Shown one piece after another: positions 34,352 through 45,200 of a stretch of DNA of 64,000 nucleotides. This DNA is from Anaerolineaceae bacterium (lineage in GTDB: Bacteria > Chloroflexota > Anaerolineae > Aggregatilineales > Phototrophicaceae), in assembly GCA_007693385.1 (NCBI GenBank), contig REDR01000073.1:372-64371 (forward strand). Direction: 5' to 3'. The notes under the pieces are model-generated. The model was not told the origin of the DNA, searched no databases, and worked only from the letters and a program-made list of their open reading frames with translations. Each line of letters opens with the position of its first letter. Within the stretch, counting starts at the first letter, position 1. Both the position numbers and the translations under genes were made by a program.

Positions 34352-35668
34352 CTATTCAGAACCGGCGGCGATGAAGCGCAAACCGAGCGCGGTGCGCGGT
34401 GGGAATCCCGGCCAGTACGTCTCTTCGTCAACCGAGCCATCATTGGAGCGCTCAACCGGCATATCCAGATAGGCGGCGTATTCCGTCATGCCTTTGAGGT
34501 GCAAGCCCAGAAAAGCAGTGACGAAATGCTGGTTGATGTTGTTGATGCGGCGCTCGTTCCATGCTGGTTCGGAATAGCGCTCGAACTGCGCGAATTCGGT
34601 GGCCTCGGCGGGCGGCGGATTCGGCGCGACATTGTGCAGGGCGTTCTCGTAGATCAGCAGGTAGCGCTCGGAGTTGATCGACCAGTCGAACAGCGTTTCC
34701 ACGCCGACGAACAGCGATACATCGTCTTCATCGCCAACCGCCCACAGCGTCGGCACGGTGATGTCGGCCAGCGCCTCTTCATCCCACAGCGAGGCATTGG
34801 CTAGGCCGATGCCGCCCAGATTGCCACCCCACGGCGCGAACAGCACGGCGGCCTTGATGCGATCATCCTGACTGGCGATGTAATCTTCGTTTCCGGCGAC
34901 CAGTACATCGATATTCGCGCCCGGCCCGAAGTTGGCCGCTAGCCCGTTGTAGCCCGCGCCGATGGCGTTCAATGCGCCATAGCCACCCATCGAATAGCCG
35001 ATGATGGCGGTGTTATCGGCATCGACCAGCCCGCTTAAAAAGCCATCGTCCGCCGCGCTGAGCCGCGCCATCTCATCCAGCACGAACCATTGATCCAGCG
35101 TGCGGTTGAGTAGGGTACTGCCGAAAGCGGCGGTATCGGTGAACGTGGAATCGGTGTGCGCGATGGCGACGACGACATAGCCCTTCGACGCCAGATTCTC
35201 GTTCAGGTACGTCATCATGTATGCCGAACCGGGGAAGCCGTGCGACACGATCACCAGCGGATACGGCGCGTCGGTGTTATTCGGCGCGGCGTCACGTGCG
35301 GCGCGTCCGGCGAAGGAGAACGGGATATTGGGCGCTTCGGCCACGTCCGCCCGACCTAGAAAGTCATTGTATTCGGTCATTTCGATTTCGCCGTCGGCTA
35401 GATCAGCCGGATACCACACTTCGACCATCAACGGACGGTCATATAGCGGCGAAGGATCGTCACTGGTGGCGCTCAGTATATCGACGCGCCCTTCGTCGAT
35501 CAATTCCAGCGCCTGCACACCAACTTGATAATCGCCGCGTGCGGCCAGTTCCGGCGCGTTGGGTAGCGGATCACCGAACACGAAATCGTCCCCCGCATTC
35601 TCGGCGCTGACCACTGGCACGATCAGCAGAGTGAGTAACATCAGTAATAACCAGCTTTTTTTCATCAT
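34352..35668 (-). CDS. secreted alpha/beta hydrolase (PAF-acetylhydrolase/dienelactone-hydrolase-like)
   Basis: GAGGA RBS before ATGATG 35668, signal peptide MMKKSWLLLMLLTLLIVPVVSA, nucleophile elbow GYSMGG, and VSHGFPGS. Confidence 0.8.
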   Translation of the reverse strand: MMKKSWLLLMLLTLLIVPVVSAENAGDDFVFGDPLPNAPELAARGDYQVGVQALELIDEGRVDILSATSDDPSPLYDRPLMVEVWYPADLADGEIEMTEYNDFLGRADVAEAPNIPFSFAGRAARDAAPNNTDAPYPLVIVSHGFPGSAYMMTYLNENLASKGYVVVAIAHTDSTFTDTAAFGSTLLNRTLDQWFVLDEMARLSAADDGFLSGLVDADNTAIIGYSMGGYGALNAIGAGYNGLAANFGPGANIDVLVAGNEDYIASQDDRIKAAVLFAPWGGNLGGIGLANASLWDEEALADITVPTLWAVGDEDDVSLFVGVETLFDWSINSERYLLIYENALHNVAPNPPPAEATEFAQFERYSEPAWNERRINNINQHFVTAFLGLHLKGMTEYAAYLDMPVERSNDGSVDEETYWPGFPPRTALGLRFIAAGSE

Positions 35669-36062
35669 GGTTTTTTCCTCAATTAGCGGTTTTAAGTAAA
35701 AAATAAAGCCGATGCGCGATAATTTGTGCCGCACATCGTTACTTCAATTATCCGCATCCAGACGTGATAAGCAAGTACCGCGTGCAGATTTCAGCTTATT
35801 GGTCATGCTACAGGCGGACGTGGCACGTTACGCGCCTGACGATTTGTCGATCCGCGTTGCGATTGAGCGCAGAACGTCAGGTATAAGCGAAAACTTATAT
35901 CTAACATAAAGGAAGCGGCATTTCAAAATCACCCCATCTTGTAATATAGTGCTTGTGTCGGCCAGCAACAGCGCTGACCGACACAGCAAAGTAAACGTGA
36001 ATTTGACTTTTGCGGCGGGAAATCCCGCATAAATCATCAGTTATCAAACGGGAGAAGAAACG

Positions 36063-37466
36063 GTGTTAGTGAAATATTTCTACGACGAACGACTGGCTCA
36101 GGCTTCATATATGGTCGGATGCGCGGCGACTGGCGAGGCGCTAGTCGTGGACGCCGGACGCGACATCACCCCTTATCTGCAAATGGCGGAAAAAGAGGGC
36201 TTGCAGATCACACACGTCACCGAGACACACATCCACGCTGATTACGTCAGCGGCAGTCGTGAACTGGCGGCGGCCACCGGCGCTAATCTGTACGTCAGCG
36301 ACATGGGGACGGCTGATTGGAAGTACGCTTTCGTTAATGAACCGAAGGTCATTGCGGTGCGCGATGGCGATTCGTTCATGGTTGGCAACATCCGCATTGA
36401 GGTTCTGCATACGCCCGGCCACACACCGGAGCATATCTGCTTCGTCGTCACCGACACCGCCGCCGCCGATAAGCCCATCGGCGTATTCACCGGCGACTTC
36501 GTTTTCGTCGGCGACGTAGGCCGCCCCGACTTGCTCGAAGAAGCGGCGGGTATCGCGGATACCAAAGAGCCGGGTGCGCGTGATATGTTCAAGAGTCTGG
36601 AGCGCTTCAAGGCGATGCCCGACTATCTGCAAATCTGGCCGGGACACGGCGCGGGGAGCGCGTGCGGCAAGGCGCTAGGCGCGATCCCGTCCACCACGCT
36701 CGGTTATGAGAAGTTGTTCAACCCGGCGTTCCAATATACGGATGAAGATGCGTTCGTTGAGTGGTTGCTGGACGGCCAGCCGGAAGCGCCGTTCTACTTC
36801 GCGCAGATGAAGAAGGTGAACAAACTCGGCCCGGCGCTCATCCGCAATCTTCTGCCGCCGCAACGTCTGGATCATGGCGCGTTGACGCGGGCGCTGGATG
36901 AAGGCGCGGTTGTGTTTGATCTCCGCGCTAAAGAAGACTACGCCGCCGCCCACATCGCGGGCACCATCAACATCCCGGCCACCAGTCAGGGCTATGTGAA
37001 CTATATCGGCTGGTTCGTGGACTTCAACCGCCCGACATACGTCATCGTGCCGGAAAATGCCGACGTGCAAACGGTGTATACTGTTCTGCGCTCCATCGGT
37101 GCGGATGATATTCGCGGCTACTTCGTGGCCGAAGAGGTGATCGTCGGCGATACGCGGACGCTGAAGCAGATCGACGCGCACAAACTCGTCGAGCGCCTCG
37201 CCACTAATGACCTGATGATCGTCGATGTGCGCGGCAGGGGCGAATTCGCGGAGCGTCACATGGCGGGCGCGGTCAATATCCCGCTAGGCTATCTGCCGCG
37301 CTCCGCGTCGGAGCATCTGCCGAAAGATCGCACGCTGGTCACCAATTGCGCTAGCGGTTACCGTTCGGCGATTGCGGCTAGCGTCCTGCGCTCGCTGGGC
37401 TATACCGATGTCGTCAACCTGATTGACGGCGCGGAAGCGTGGGCGGCAGTCGTTCCTGTAGAGTAG
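36063..37466 (+). CDS. persulfide dioxygenase (MBL fold) fused to two rhodanese domains (CstB/PRF-like)
   Basis: GTG start. ETHIHADYVSG and HTPGHTPEH metal motifs. C-terminal rhodanese with the active loop CASGYRS. Confidence 0.85.
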   Translation: MLVKYFYDERLAQASYMVGCAATGEALVVDAGRDITPYLQMAEKEGLQITHVTETHIHADYVSGSRELAAATGANLYVSDMGTADWKYAFVNEPKVIAVRDGDSFMVGNIRIEVLHTPGHTPEHICFVVTDTAAADKPIGVFTGDFVFVGDVGRPDLLEEAAGIADTKEPGARDMFKSLERFKAMPDYLQIWPGHGAGSACGKALGAIPSTTLGYEKLFNPAFQYTDEDAFVEWLLDGQPEAPFYFAQMKKVNKLGPALIRNLLPPQRLDHGALTRALDEGAVVFDLRAKEDYAAAHIAGTINIPATSQGYVNYIGWFVDFNRPTYVIVPENADVQTVYTVLRSIGADDIRGYFVAEEVIVGDTRTLKQIDAHKLVERLATNDLMIVDVRGRGEFAERHMAGAVNIPLGYLPRSASEHLPKDRTLVTNCASGYRSAIAASVLRSLGYTDVVNLIDGAEAWAAVVPVE

Positions 37467-37618
37467 ATTAAAAACGGCGGGGCGACGGTAAGATCATGTT
37501 CGCCCCGTCCGTCCATACCCGTGTAAAATCCCTGTGATGTTCCGGCCATCGCCCGATGACCGGACGCGAAAACACCAACCATCTAATGTTATGTGCGTCA
37601 ACGAAAGGATACAGTCAG

Positions 37619-38140
37619 ATGCAAAATGTGAACGTTGAATCCCTCAAAGGTCTGCTCAGTGATGGCGTCGGTGCCGATACGCTGGTGATCGATGTCCGCA
37701 CCCCCGCCGAATACAAGCGCGAACAAATCGTCGGCGTGATGAATATTCCGTTAGACGACATCGAAAATTATGTCGATACGCTCCGCAACTACAAGCGCGT
37801 TTATGTACACTGTGCCAGCGGCAACCGTAGCGGGCAAGCCTGCGCCAAGTTGACCGCGCTGGGACTGGATAACATCGTCAACGTTCAGGGCGGCATCTCC
37901 GCATGGAAAGACGCCGGTTTCAACGTACAGGTGAACAAGAGCGCCCCGTTGCCCATCATGCAACAGGTGCAGATTGTCGCCGGTTCGCTGGTCGTTCTAG
38001 GCGTTATCCTGTCCTTGCTGATTAATCCGGTATTCATCGCGCTTTCGGCTTTTGTCGGCGCTGGTCTGGTATTCGCCGGTGTCAGTGGCGTCTGCACGAT
38101 GGGCTTGATATTGGCGCGTATGCCCTGGAATCGCGTTTAA
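37619..38140 (+). CDS. rhodanese domain protein with C-terminal 2-TM DUF2892-like module (YgaP-like)
   Basis: ATG 37619 follows AAAGGA. Active loop HCASGNRSG and two C-terminal hydrophobic helices. Confidence 0.8.
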   Translation: MQNVNVESLKGLLSDGVGADTLVIDVRTPAEYKREQIVGVMNIPLDDIENYVDTLRNYKRVYVHCASGNRSGQACAKLTALGLDNIVNVQGGISAWKDAGFNVQVNKSAPLPIMQQVQIVAGSLVVLGVILSLLINPVFIALSAFVGAGLVFAGVSGVCTMGLILARMPWNRV

Positions 38141-38190
38141 CCGACGGCTCGTTTTGTCCCCCCTCAACGAGACGATATTCCCTATTTGAT

Positions 38191-38223
38191 GAAAAGAGCG
38201 CAGTTTATGCGCTCTTTTCATTT
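38191..38223 (+). terminator. rho-independent terminator
   Basis: GAAAAGAGCGCA-GTTTA-TGCGCTCTTTTC followed by ATTT, 50 nt after the YgaP-like stop. Confidence 0.8.
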
Positions 38224-38399
38224 GTGCTTCATTTGCCTCTCCGCTAGTTTGAGAACATCATGAGACGCCTAGCGCAAATCTATCTACGCCTGTAACATGG
38301 AATTATGGATATGACGCGAAGCCTAGCGCGGCGCGTCGTGATGCTTCTCAGAAAAGTTGCTATACCATAAAGAAATAAACGCAAAGCAGAGGGAATGCG

Positions 38400-41147
38400 A
38401 TGGACACGCAGGATCAAGTATCGGATTCAACGTCAGTTGAGTCCACAGGGGAAAATCAATGGCACGCCGCCACTGCTGATGATGCGCTGGCGACGCTAGA
38501 GGCAGACGCTAAAGCCGGTCTGACTTCTAGCGTGGCGGCGGATCGTCTGGAAAAATACGGTCCAAACGAACTACCCACCCGTGAACCACCGACGATCTTA
38601 GCAGTCGTCTGGCATCAGTTCACCAGCCCGTTGATCTATATTCTGGTGGGTGCGGGTGCGGTGGCGCTGTTGCTCGGTGATTTCCGCGATGCTGGCTTCA
38701 TCTTCATCGTGGTATTGCTCAATGCGTTCATCGGCACGGTGCAGGAATGGCGGGCGGAGCAAAGCGCACAGGGATTGCAAAATCTGATTAAATCAACATC
38801 TACCGTGCGGCGCGATGGTGAACGCCAGCAGATTAATAATGACCAGATCGTGCCCGGCGATGTGGTGATGATCGAATCCGGTGATCGCGTGGCGGCGGAT
38901 TTGCGATTGGTGCGCGTGCGTAGCTTGCGCGTTGATGAATCTTTCCTCACCGGCGAATCCGTCGCGGTGGATAAGACAACCGATACGGTTGAAGACTCTG
39001 CGCCGGTCAGTGAACGGCCGAATATGGTGTACGCTGGCTCGACGGTGATCGCCGGACGCGGCGTTGGCGTCGCGGTGCAGACCGGCACACGGACGGAGGT
39101 CGGCAAGATCGCGCAGTACATCACCGAAGAGGAGGGCGGCAAACCGCCGCTAGTCATCCGCACGGAGAAATTCGCGCAACAGATCGCTATTATCGTAGTC
39201 GCCTTCGCTTCGCTGATGGGGGCAATCCTGCTATTGCAGGGGGCGGATTTCTCCGAAGTATTCTTCATCGCGGTGGCGATGGCGGTTTCCGCTATCCCCG
39301 AAGGCTTGCCGGTGGCGTTAACCGTCGTGCTATCCATTGCGACAACGCGCATGGCACGGCGTAACGTGATCGTGCGCCGTTTGAATGGCGTGGAAAGTCT
39401 GGGCAGTTGTACGCTGATCGCCAGCGACAAGACCGGCACGCTGACCGTCAACCAGCAGACGGCGCGGCGCGTGCTGTTGCCTGATGGTCGTCGGGTGGAA
39501 ATCTCCGGCGAGGGGTATTCCGACGAGGGCGACGTGCGGACGCCGGACGGCGACGCGCTCCCCGATGATCTGCAAGCGGAGCTAGAGCGCATCACCCGCG
39601 CCGGTGCGCTGTGCAACGAAGCCACATTGAGCTATGACGGCGAAAAATGGCGGCATCAGGGCGACGCGATGGACGTGGCATTGCTGGCGATGGCGCACAA
39701 GGTCGGGCTTGATCCCGACGAACTGGAAGCCGAGCATGAAGTCGTGGCCGAAATCCCGTTCGAGTCCGAACAGCGTTACGCCGCCAAAGCGTACCGCAAG
39801 GGCGACCAGATCGAGGTCGCGGTGAAGGGCGCGACGGAAGCCATCATCGAATTCACCGAGAAGATGATTCATGACGGCGAAATCCGCCCGCTAGACGCCG
39901 ATCACATCCAGCAACAGGCGGAGAAGATGGCCGAAGGCGGCTATCGTGTACTGGCGATTGCGACGGGCAAAATGGACAGCGCCCCCGAGGACTTGACGCC
40001 GGATAACCTGCCGCGCCTGACGTTGCTCGGTCTGGTCGGCTTCATTGATCCGCTACGGCCAGAGGCGAAAGAATCCGTCGCGCAGGCGCGTAACGCCGGT
40101 GTGAAGGTGGTCATGATTACCGGCGATCATCCGGCGACGGCGTTCTCGATTGCCTCCGATCTGGACATCGCACAGGAGCGCGAACAGGTGATGACCGGTC
40201 AGGCGATGTCCGAATTGCGCGAGTCTGATCCGGACGCTTATCAGCGCAAAGTGCAGGAGACAACGGTATTTGCGCGGGTGTCGCCGGAGCAAAAGCTCCA
40301 CATCGTCGATGCGCTGATCGAATCCGGCGAATATGTGGCTGTGACCGGTGACGGCGTGAACGATGCGCCCGCCCTGCGTAAAGCCAATATCGGCGTGGCG
40401 ATGGGTTCGGGGACGGATGTCGCCAAAGACACCGCGACGATGATCGTCACCGATGACGATTTCGCCTCTATTGTGGCTGGCATCGAAGAAGGCCGCTATG
40501 CTTACGCCAACATCCGCAAAGTGACCTTACTGCTGATCTCCACCGGTGCGGCGGAGTTGCTGTTGATTACGTTGGCGATTCTCGCACAGTTCCCGTTGCC
40601 GTTGTTGGCCGTGCAGATTTTGTGGCTGAATCTGGTCACAAATGGCATCCAAGACATCGCGCTGGCCTTTGAAGCCGGTGAGAAGCGCGTGATGCAAGAC
40701 CCCCCGCGCAGGCCGGACGAAGGTCTGTTCAACCAGAGCATGATCCGGCAAATGCTGGTGGCCGGTGTGACGATGGGGCTGGTCTGTTTCGGTTTCTGGA
40801 TATATATGATGAATGCCGGTTTCGAGGAGGCCGAAGCACGCAATATCTTGCTGGCTCTGCTGGTGTTGATGCAGTTCTGGCACGTCCTCAACTGCCGTTC
40901 GGAAACGCGCTCCGCGTTCCGCGTGCCGTTGCGAAATAACCGCGTGCTGATCGTCGGGATGTTCGTCGCGTTCGGCTTGCATGTGCTGGCTACCGAATTG
41001 CCGCTACTGCAAGATACGCTCGATCTACAGCCTATCGCGTGGCAGAATTGGCTATTCTTAGCGTTGGTCGCTAGCGTCGTGCTGTTGGTGATGGAGATTC
41101 AGAAGCGCGTCGTCGCCATGCGTGAGGAGAAGCAGAAAGCCGCTTAA
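38400..41147 (+). CDS. cation-translocating P-type ATPase (type II-like, PEGL motif; Ca2+/Mg2+-type)
   Basis: TGES, PEGLP, DKTGTLT and TGDGVNDAPAL motifs. 915 aa, about 10 TM. Confidence 0.95.
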   Translation: MDTQDQVSDSTSVESTGENQWHAATADDALATLEADAKAGLTSSVAADRLEKYGPNELPTREPPTILAVVWHQFTSPLIYILVGAGAVALLLGDFRDAGFIFIVVLLNAFIGTVQEWRAEQSAQGLQNLIKSTSTVRRDGERQQINNDQIVPGDVVMIESGDRVAADLRLVRVRSLRVDESFLTGESVAVDKTTDTVEDSAPVSERPNMVYAGSTVIAGRGVGVAVQTGTRTEVGKIAQYITEEEGGKPPLVIRTEKFAQQIAIIVVAFASLMGAILLLQGADFSEVFFIAVAMAVSAIPEGLPVALTVVLSIATTRMARRNVIVRRLNGVESLGSCTLIASDKTGTLTVNQQTARRVLLPDGRRVEISGEGYSDEGDVRTPDGDALPDDLQAELERITRAGALCNEATLSYDGEKWRHQGDAMDVALLAMAHKVGLDPDELEAEHEVVAEIPFESEQRYAAKAYRKGDQIEVAVKGATEAIIEFTEKMIHDGEIRPLDADHIQQQAEKMAEGGYRVLAIATGKMDSAPEDLTPDNLPRLTLLGLVGFIDPLRPEAKESVAQARNAGVKVVMITGDHPATAFSIASDLDIAQEREQVMTGQAMSELRESDPDAYQRKVQETTVFARVSPEQKLHIVDALIESGEYVAVTGDGVNDAPALRKANIGVAMGSGTDVAKDTATMIVTDDDFASIVAGIEEGRYAYANIRKVTLLLISTGAAELLLITLAILAQFPLPLLAVQILWLNLVTNGIQDIALAFEAGEKRVMQDPPRRPDEGLFNQSMIRQMLVAGVTMGLVCFGFWIYMMNAGFEEAEARNILLALLVLMQFWHVLNCRSETRSAFRVPLRNNRVLIVGMFVAFGLHVLATELPLLQDTLDLQPIAWQNWLFLALVASVVLLVMEIQKRVVAMREEKQKAA

Positions 41148-41168
41148 CCCCTCAGCTCGGCTCGAATC

Positions 41169-41205
41169 AAAAATCCCCCGCACGCCAGACGTGCGGGGGA
41201 TTTTT
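41169..41205. terminator. bidirectional rho-independent terminator
   Basis: AAAAATCCCCCGCACG-CCAGA-CGTGCGGGGGATTTTT, between the convergent ATPase and DHOD-like genes. Confidence 0.9.
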
Positions 41206-41238
41206 ATTGTGTGATGTGTGCCGCCCTAGCGGATCGCC

Positions 41239-42249
41239 CTAGCGGATGTCGTGCAAGCTGGAATAACTGCTCAGCGCACGGGCGTACTGGGCGCGTTCGT
41301 AGGCGCTCGGGTCTTCGGCGTTGATCTGGCTCATGCTCCCGCGCATCTGCTCGATGGAGACGTACTCGTTAACCGTCATCCAGTCGATGAGATCGGCCTG
41401 CATCGTCCGCAGATGGTCGATGCCGTGCTTGAGCAAAGCCGACGCCATCATGGTGACGCTAGCGCCGACCATCATCATCTTGATGACATCTTCGGCCTGA
41501 TGAATGCCACTGGTCGCCGCGAAATCGACATCAACCCGCCCGTATAGCATCGCAATCCAGCGAAGCGGCAGGCGTAAATCTTGCGGTGTGCTGAGTAGCA
41601 CGTTCGGCTTGACCTGTAGCGTCTCCAGATCAATATCCGGCTGATAGAAGCGATTGAACATCACCAGACCATCCGCGCCCGCATCAACCAACTGCTTGGC
41701 GACGTTGGCGTAGTTGCTGAAGTACGGACTGAGCTTGACGGCAACCGGAATGTTGACTGCCTGCTTGACCGCCGTCAGGATGTGGCGGTAGGTGTTTTCC
41801 ACGCCGGTGCCGGTCATGTCTACATCGGACGGAATGTAGTAGATGTTCAGTTCGATGGCGTCCGCGCCTGCTGACTGCATGTTCTGGGCGAATTGCGTCC
41901 ACCCGCCGATGCTCGTCCCGTTCAGGCTGGCGATGATCGGTATATCGACGCTGGCTTTCGCCTTGCGGATCAGTTCCAGATAGCTCTCCGGCCCGGCGTG
42001 ATACGTCTCTGGCTCCGGGAAGTACGTCAGCGCCTCCGCGAAGCTATCCGTGCCGTATTCCATGAAGTGCATCGTCGCTTCGCGCTCCTGCTTGATCTGC
42101 TCCTCGAATAGCGAGTACAGCACGATGGCGCTCGCGCCCGCGTCCTCTAGCCTGCGAATACCGCGGAGGTTCTCCGAAAGCGGGCTGGCGGATGCGACTA
42201 ACGGCGACTTGAGCTTTAGCCCTAAGTAAGTAGTTGTCAGATCGGGCAT
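41239..42249 (-). CDS. dihydroorotate dehydrogenase-like FMN protein (non-canonical active-site loop)
   Basis: TIM-barrel DHOD-like sequence (LKLKSPLVASASPLS...). The position of the class-1 DHOD N-x-S-C-P-N loop reads ELNIYYIPSD. Starts 3 nt after the nifJ stop. Confidence 0.8.
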   Translation of the reverse strand: MPDLTTTYLGLKLKSPLVASASPLSENLRGIRRLEDAGASAIVLYSLFEEQIKQEREATMHFMEYGTDSFAEALTYFPEPETYHAGPESYLELIRKAKASVDIPIIASLNGTSIGGWTQFAQNMQSAGADAIELNIYYIPSDVDMTGTGVENTYRHILTAVKQAVNIPVAVKLSPYFSNYANVAKQLVDAGADGLVMFNRFYQPDIDLETLQVKPNVLLSTPQDLRLPLRWIAMLYGRVDVDFAATSGIHQAEDVIKMMMVGASVTMMASALLKHGIDHLRTMQADLIDWMTVNEYVSIEQMRGSMSQINAEDPSAYERAQYARALSSYSSLHDIR

Positions 42250-42252
42250 GGT

Positions 42253-45200
42253 CTAGTTGTCTCCTTCTGTGGTTGCGTATGGGCGCGATGCTAGATATTC
42301 GTAGAGTGCCCAGCGCGTGTGAATGTCTTCTTGTGCCTGCCGGAATAACTCCCGCGAGACTTCCGGCTTGCTCAATTCCAGCATACGGAAGCGGTTCTCC
42401 ATGCGGAAGAATTCCTTGACCGGTAGCTTGGGCGGGCGGCTATCCAGTTGTAGCGGATTTTGTCCGGCTTCGGCGCGTAGCGGATTGTAGCGGTACAGTA
42501 GCCATTGTCCGCTCTTGACCGCCGCTTGCTGGTTACGCATGGCCGTGCCCATGTTGATGCCGTGCGCGATACAGTGGCTATAAGCGATAATCAACGACGG
42601 GCCGGGATACGCTTCTGCTTCGATGAAAGCGCGGAGCGTCTGCTCGTCGCGTGCGCCCATCGCCACCTGTGCGACATAGGCGCTACCGTAGCTCATCGCC
42701 ATCAAGCCTAAATCTTTCTTGGCGGCGGGCTTGCCACCGGCGGCGAACTTGGCGACGGCGGCGCGTGGTGTGGATTTGCTCATCTGGCCGCCGGTGTTGG
42801 AGTAAACTTCGGTATCCATCACCAGTATATTGATGTTGCGGTCACTGGCTAATACATGATCCAGCCCGCTAAAGCCGATGTCATACGCCCAACCATCGCC
42901 GCCGAACACCCACACGTTTTTCTTGACCAGCATATCGGCTATGCTCAATAGGCGGCGCACCTGTGCCCCGTGCCCGTTGGCGCTACTGAGGAAAGCCTGT
43001 AGCCGTTCCTTGACCAACTCCACGCGCTCGCGTTGCTCGTAGATTCCGGCTTCGTCGCTCTGGTCGGCGTTCAGCACATCATCGGCCAGATCAGCGCCGA
43101 CGACATCGCGCATCGACATCAGTAACTCGGCGGCGACCTGCGCCTGTGCGTCCAGCGAGACGCGCATCCCCATGCCGAACTCGGCGTTGTCTTCAAACAG
43201 CGAATTAGACCATGCCGGGCCGCGATTATCGGCGTTGGTGCTGTACGGTGTGGTCGGCAAGTTGCCGCCATAAATCGAAGAACAGCCCGTCGCGTTGGCG
43301 ATCACCGAGCGATCCCCGTATAGCTGAGTCACCAGCTTGATATACGGCGTCTCACCGCATCCGGCACACGCGCCACTGAATTCAAATAGCGGTTGCTGTA
43401 CCTGTTGCTGGCGGATGCTGGTCGTCTTGATCTGACGGCGGTCAAGCTCTGGTATCTCTAAGAAGAAGTCCCAGTTCTCGCGCTCTTGATCGCGGATGGG
43501 CGGTTGCGGCGTCATGTTGATGGCGCGGCGGTTGACGGCGGATTTATTCTTGGCGGGGCACACGTCCACGCACAGCGCACAGCCGGTACAATCTTCCGGC
43601 GCGACCTGAATCGTGTACATCATGTCCGACCATTCGCGGTCACGCGCCGCCGTCGCTTTGAACGTCTCCGGCGCGGATTCTAACACAGCGCCGTCATACG
43701 CTTTGATGCGGATGACCGCGTGCGGGCACACCATCGCGCATTTACCGCACTGAATACACACGTCGGGGTCCCATTCCGGTATCTCCAGCGCCAGATTGCG
43801 CTTTTCATATTGCGTCGTGCCGGAGGGGTACGTGCCGTCTACTGGTAGCGAACTGACCGGAATGAAATCACCACGACGGGCGATCATCTCGCCCAGCACA
43901 TCGCGCACGAATGCCGGTGCGTTCGCCGTCACCGGCGGGAGCATTTCCGCTACGCTGGTCACGGTCTGCGGGATGCTGACCTCGTGCAGATGCGCCAGTG
44001 TGCGCTCGACAGCTTCGATGTTCTTATCGACGACTTCTTGCCCTTTGTTGCCGTAAGTCTTGCGGATGGCGTCTTTGATCGCGTCGATGGCTTCATCACG
44101 CGGCATCACGCCGGAAATCGCAAAGAAGCAGACCTGCATCACGGTATTGATGCGCCGTCCCATTCCGGCTTCATGCGCGACGCGATAGGCGTCGATCACA
44201 TAGAAGCGCAAGCCCTTCTCGATGATGTGTTCCTGCGCTTTGCGCGGTAGCGTATCCCACACTCTTTCGGGGTCGTGCGGGCTGTTGTATAAGAATGTGC
44301 CGCCGCGCACCGCCGCCTCTAACACGTCGATCTGTTGCATGAAGATCGGCTGATGACAGGCGATGAAGTTGGCTTTATCGATCAAATAATTGGCGCGGAT
44401 GGCGTCCTTGCCGAAGCGCAGGTGCGAGACGGTCATCGAGCCGGATTTCTTCGAGTCGTAGACGAAATAACCTTGCGCGTAGTTCTCGGTATTCTCGCCG
44501 ATGATCTTGATCGCGTTTTTGTTCGCGCCGACCGTGCCATCACTGCCCAGCCCGTAGAACACCGCCCGAACCGTTGTCTCTGGCTCGATGGAGAAGGCCG
44601 CGTCGAAGTCAATGCTGGTGTGGCTCACGTCGTCGAAGATGCCGACAGTGAAGTGATTCTTCGGCTGTGCGGCGCTCATGTTGTCGAACACGCCCTTAAT
44701 CATGGCGGGGGTGAATTCTTTGCTGGATAGGCCGTAGCGCCCGCCGATGATGGTCGGCATCTTCCCCGCCCGTGTTTCGTTCAGCGCGGTGATGGCGTCT
44801 TGATAAAGCGGCTCGCCCACGCTTCCCGGCTCTTTCGTGCGGTCTAGCACTGCCAGCGTCTTGACCGTCTCCGGTAACGCATCCGCGAATAGTTCCGGCA
44901 CGAACGGGCGATACAGCCGCACCTTCAGCAGGCCGACTTTTTCGCCGTTAGCGTTCAGGTAATCGACGGTTTCGTGTGCCGCCTCGCATCCCGAACCCAT
45001 CAACACGATGACGCGCTCGGCATCCGCCGCGCCGTGATACTCATACAGATGGTACTGTCTGCCGGTTAATGCGGCGAATTCGTCCATCGTGTCCTGTATG
45101 ATCCGCGGACAGGCATCATAGAACGGGTTGACCGTCTCCCGCGCCTGAAAATATACGTCGGGGTTCTGCGCCGTGCCACGAATGAACGGGCGATCCGGCG

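Noticed and set aside
35712-36037. Two mutually overlapping ORFs (35712-35909 plus, 35828-36037 minus) in the 394-nt gap
   Set aside because: No Shine-Dalgarno sequence, non-coding-like composition, and no motifs. The gap is kept as an unexplained leader in the findings rather than called as genes.
38636-39625. Long antisense or alternate-frame ORFs in the track (for example 38636-39625 minus 329 aa, 55225-56106 minus 293 aa, 59257-60009 plus 250 aa, 27121-28008 minus 295 aa, 5726-6334 minus 202 aa, 61728-62420 plus 230 aa)
   Set aside because: They lie entirely inside well-supported genes on the opposite strand or in another frame. They are Arg/Pro/Ala/Ser-rich with low complexity, lack RBS and recognisable motifs, and show typical shadow-ORF behaviour of GC-rich DNA.
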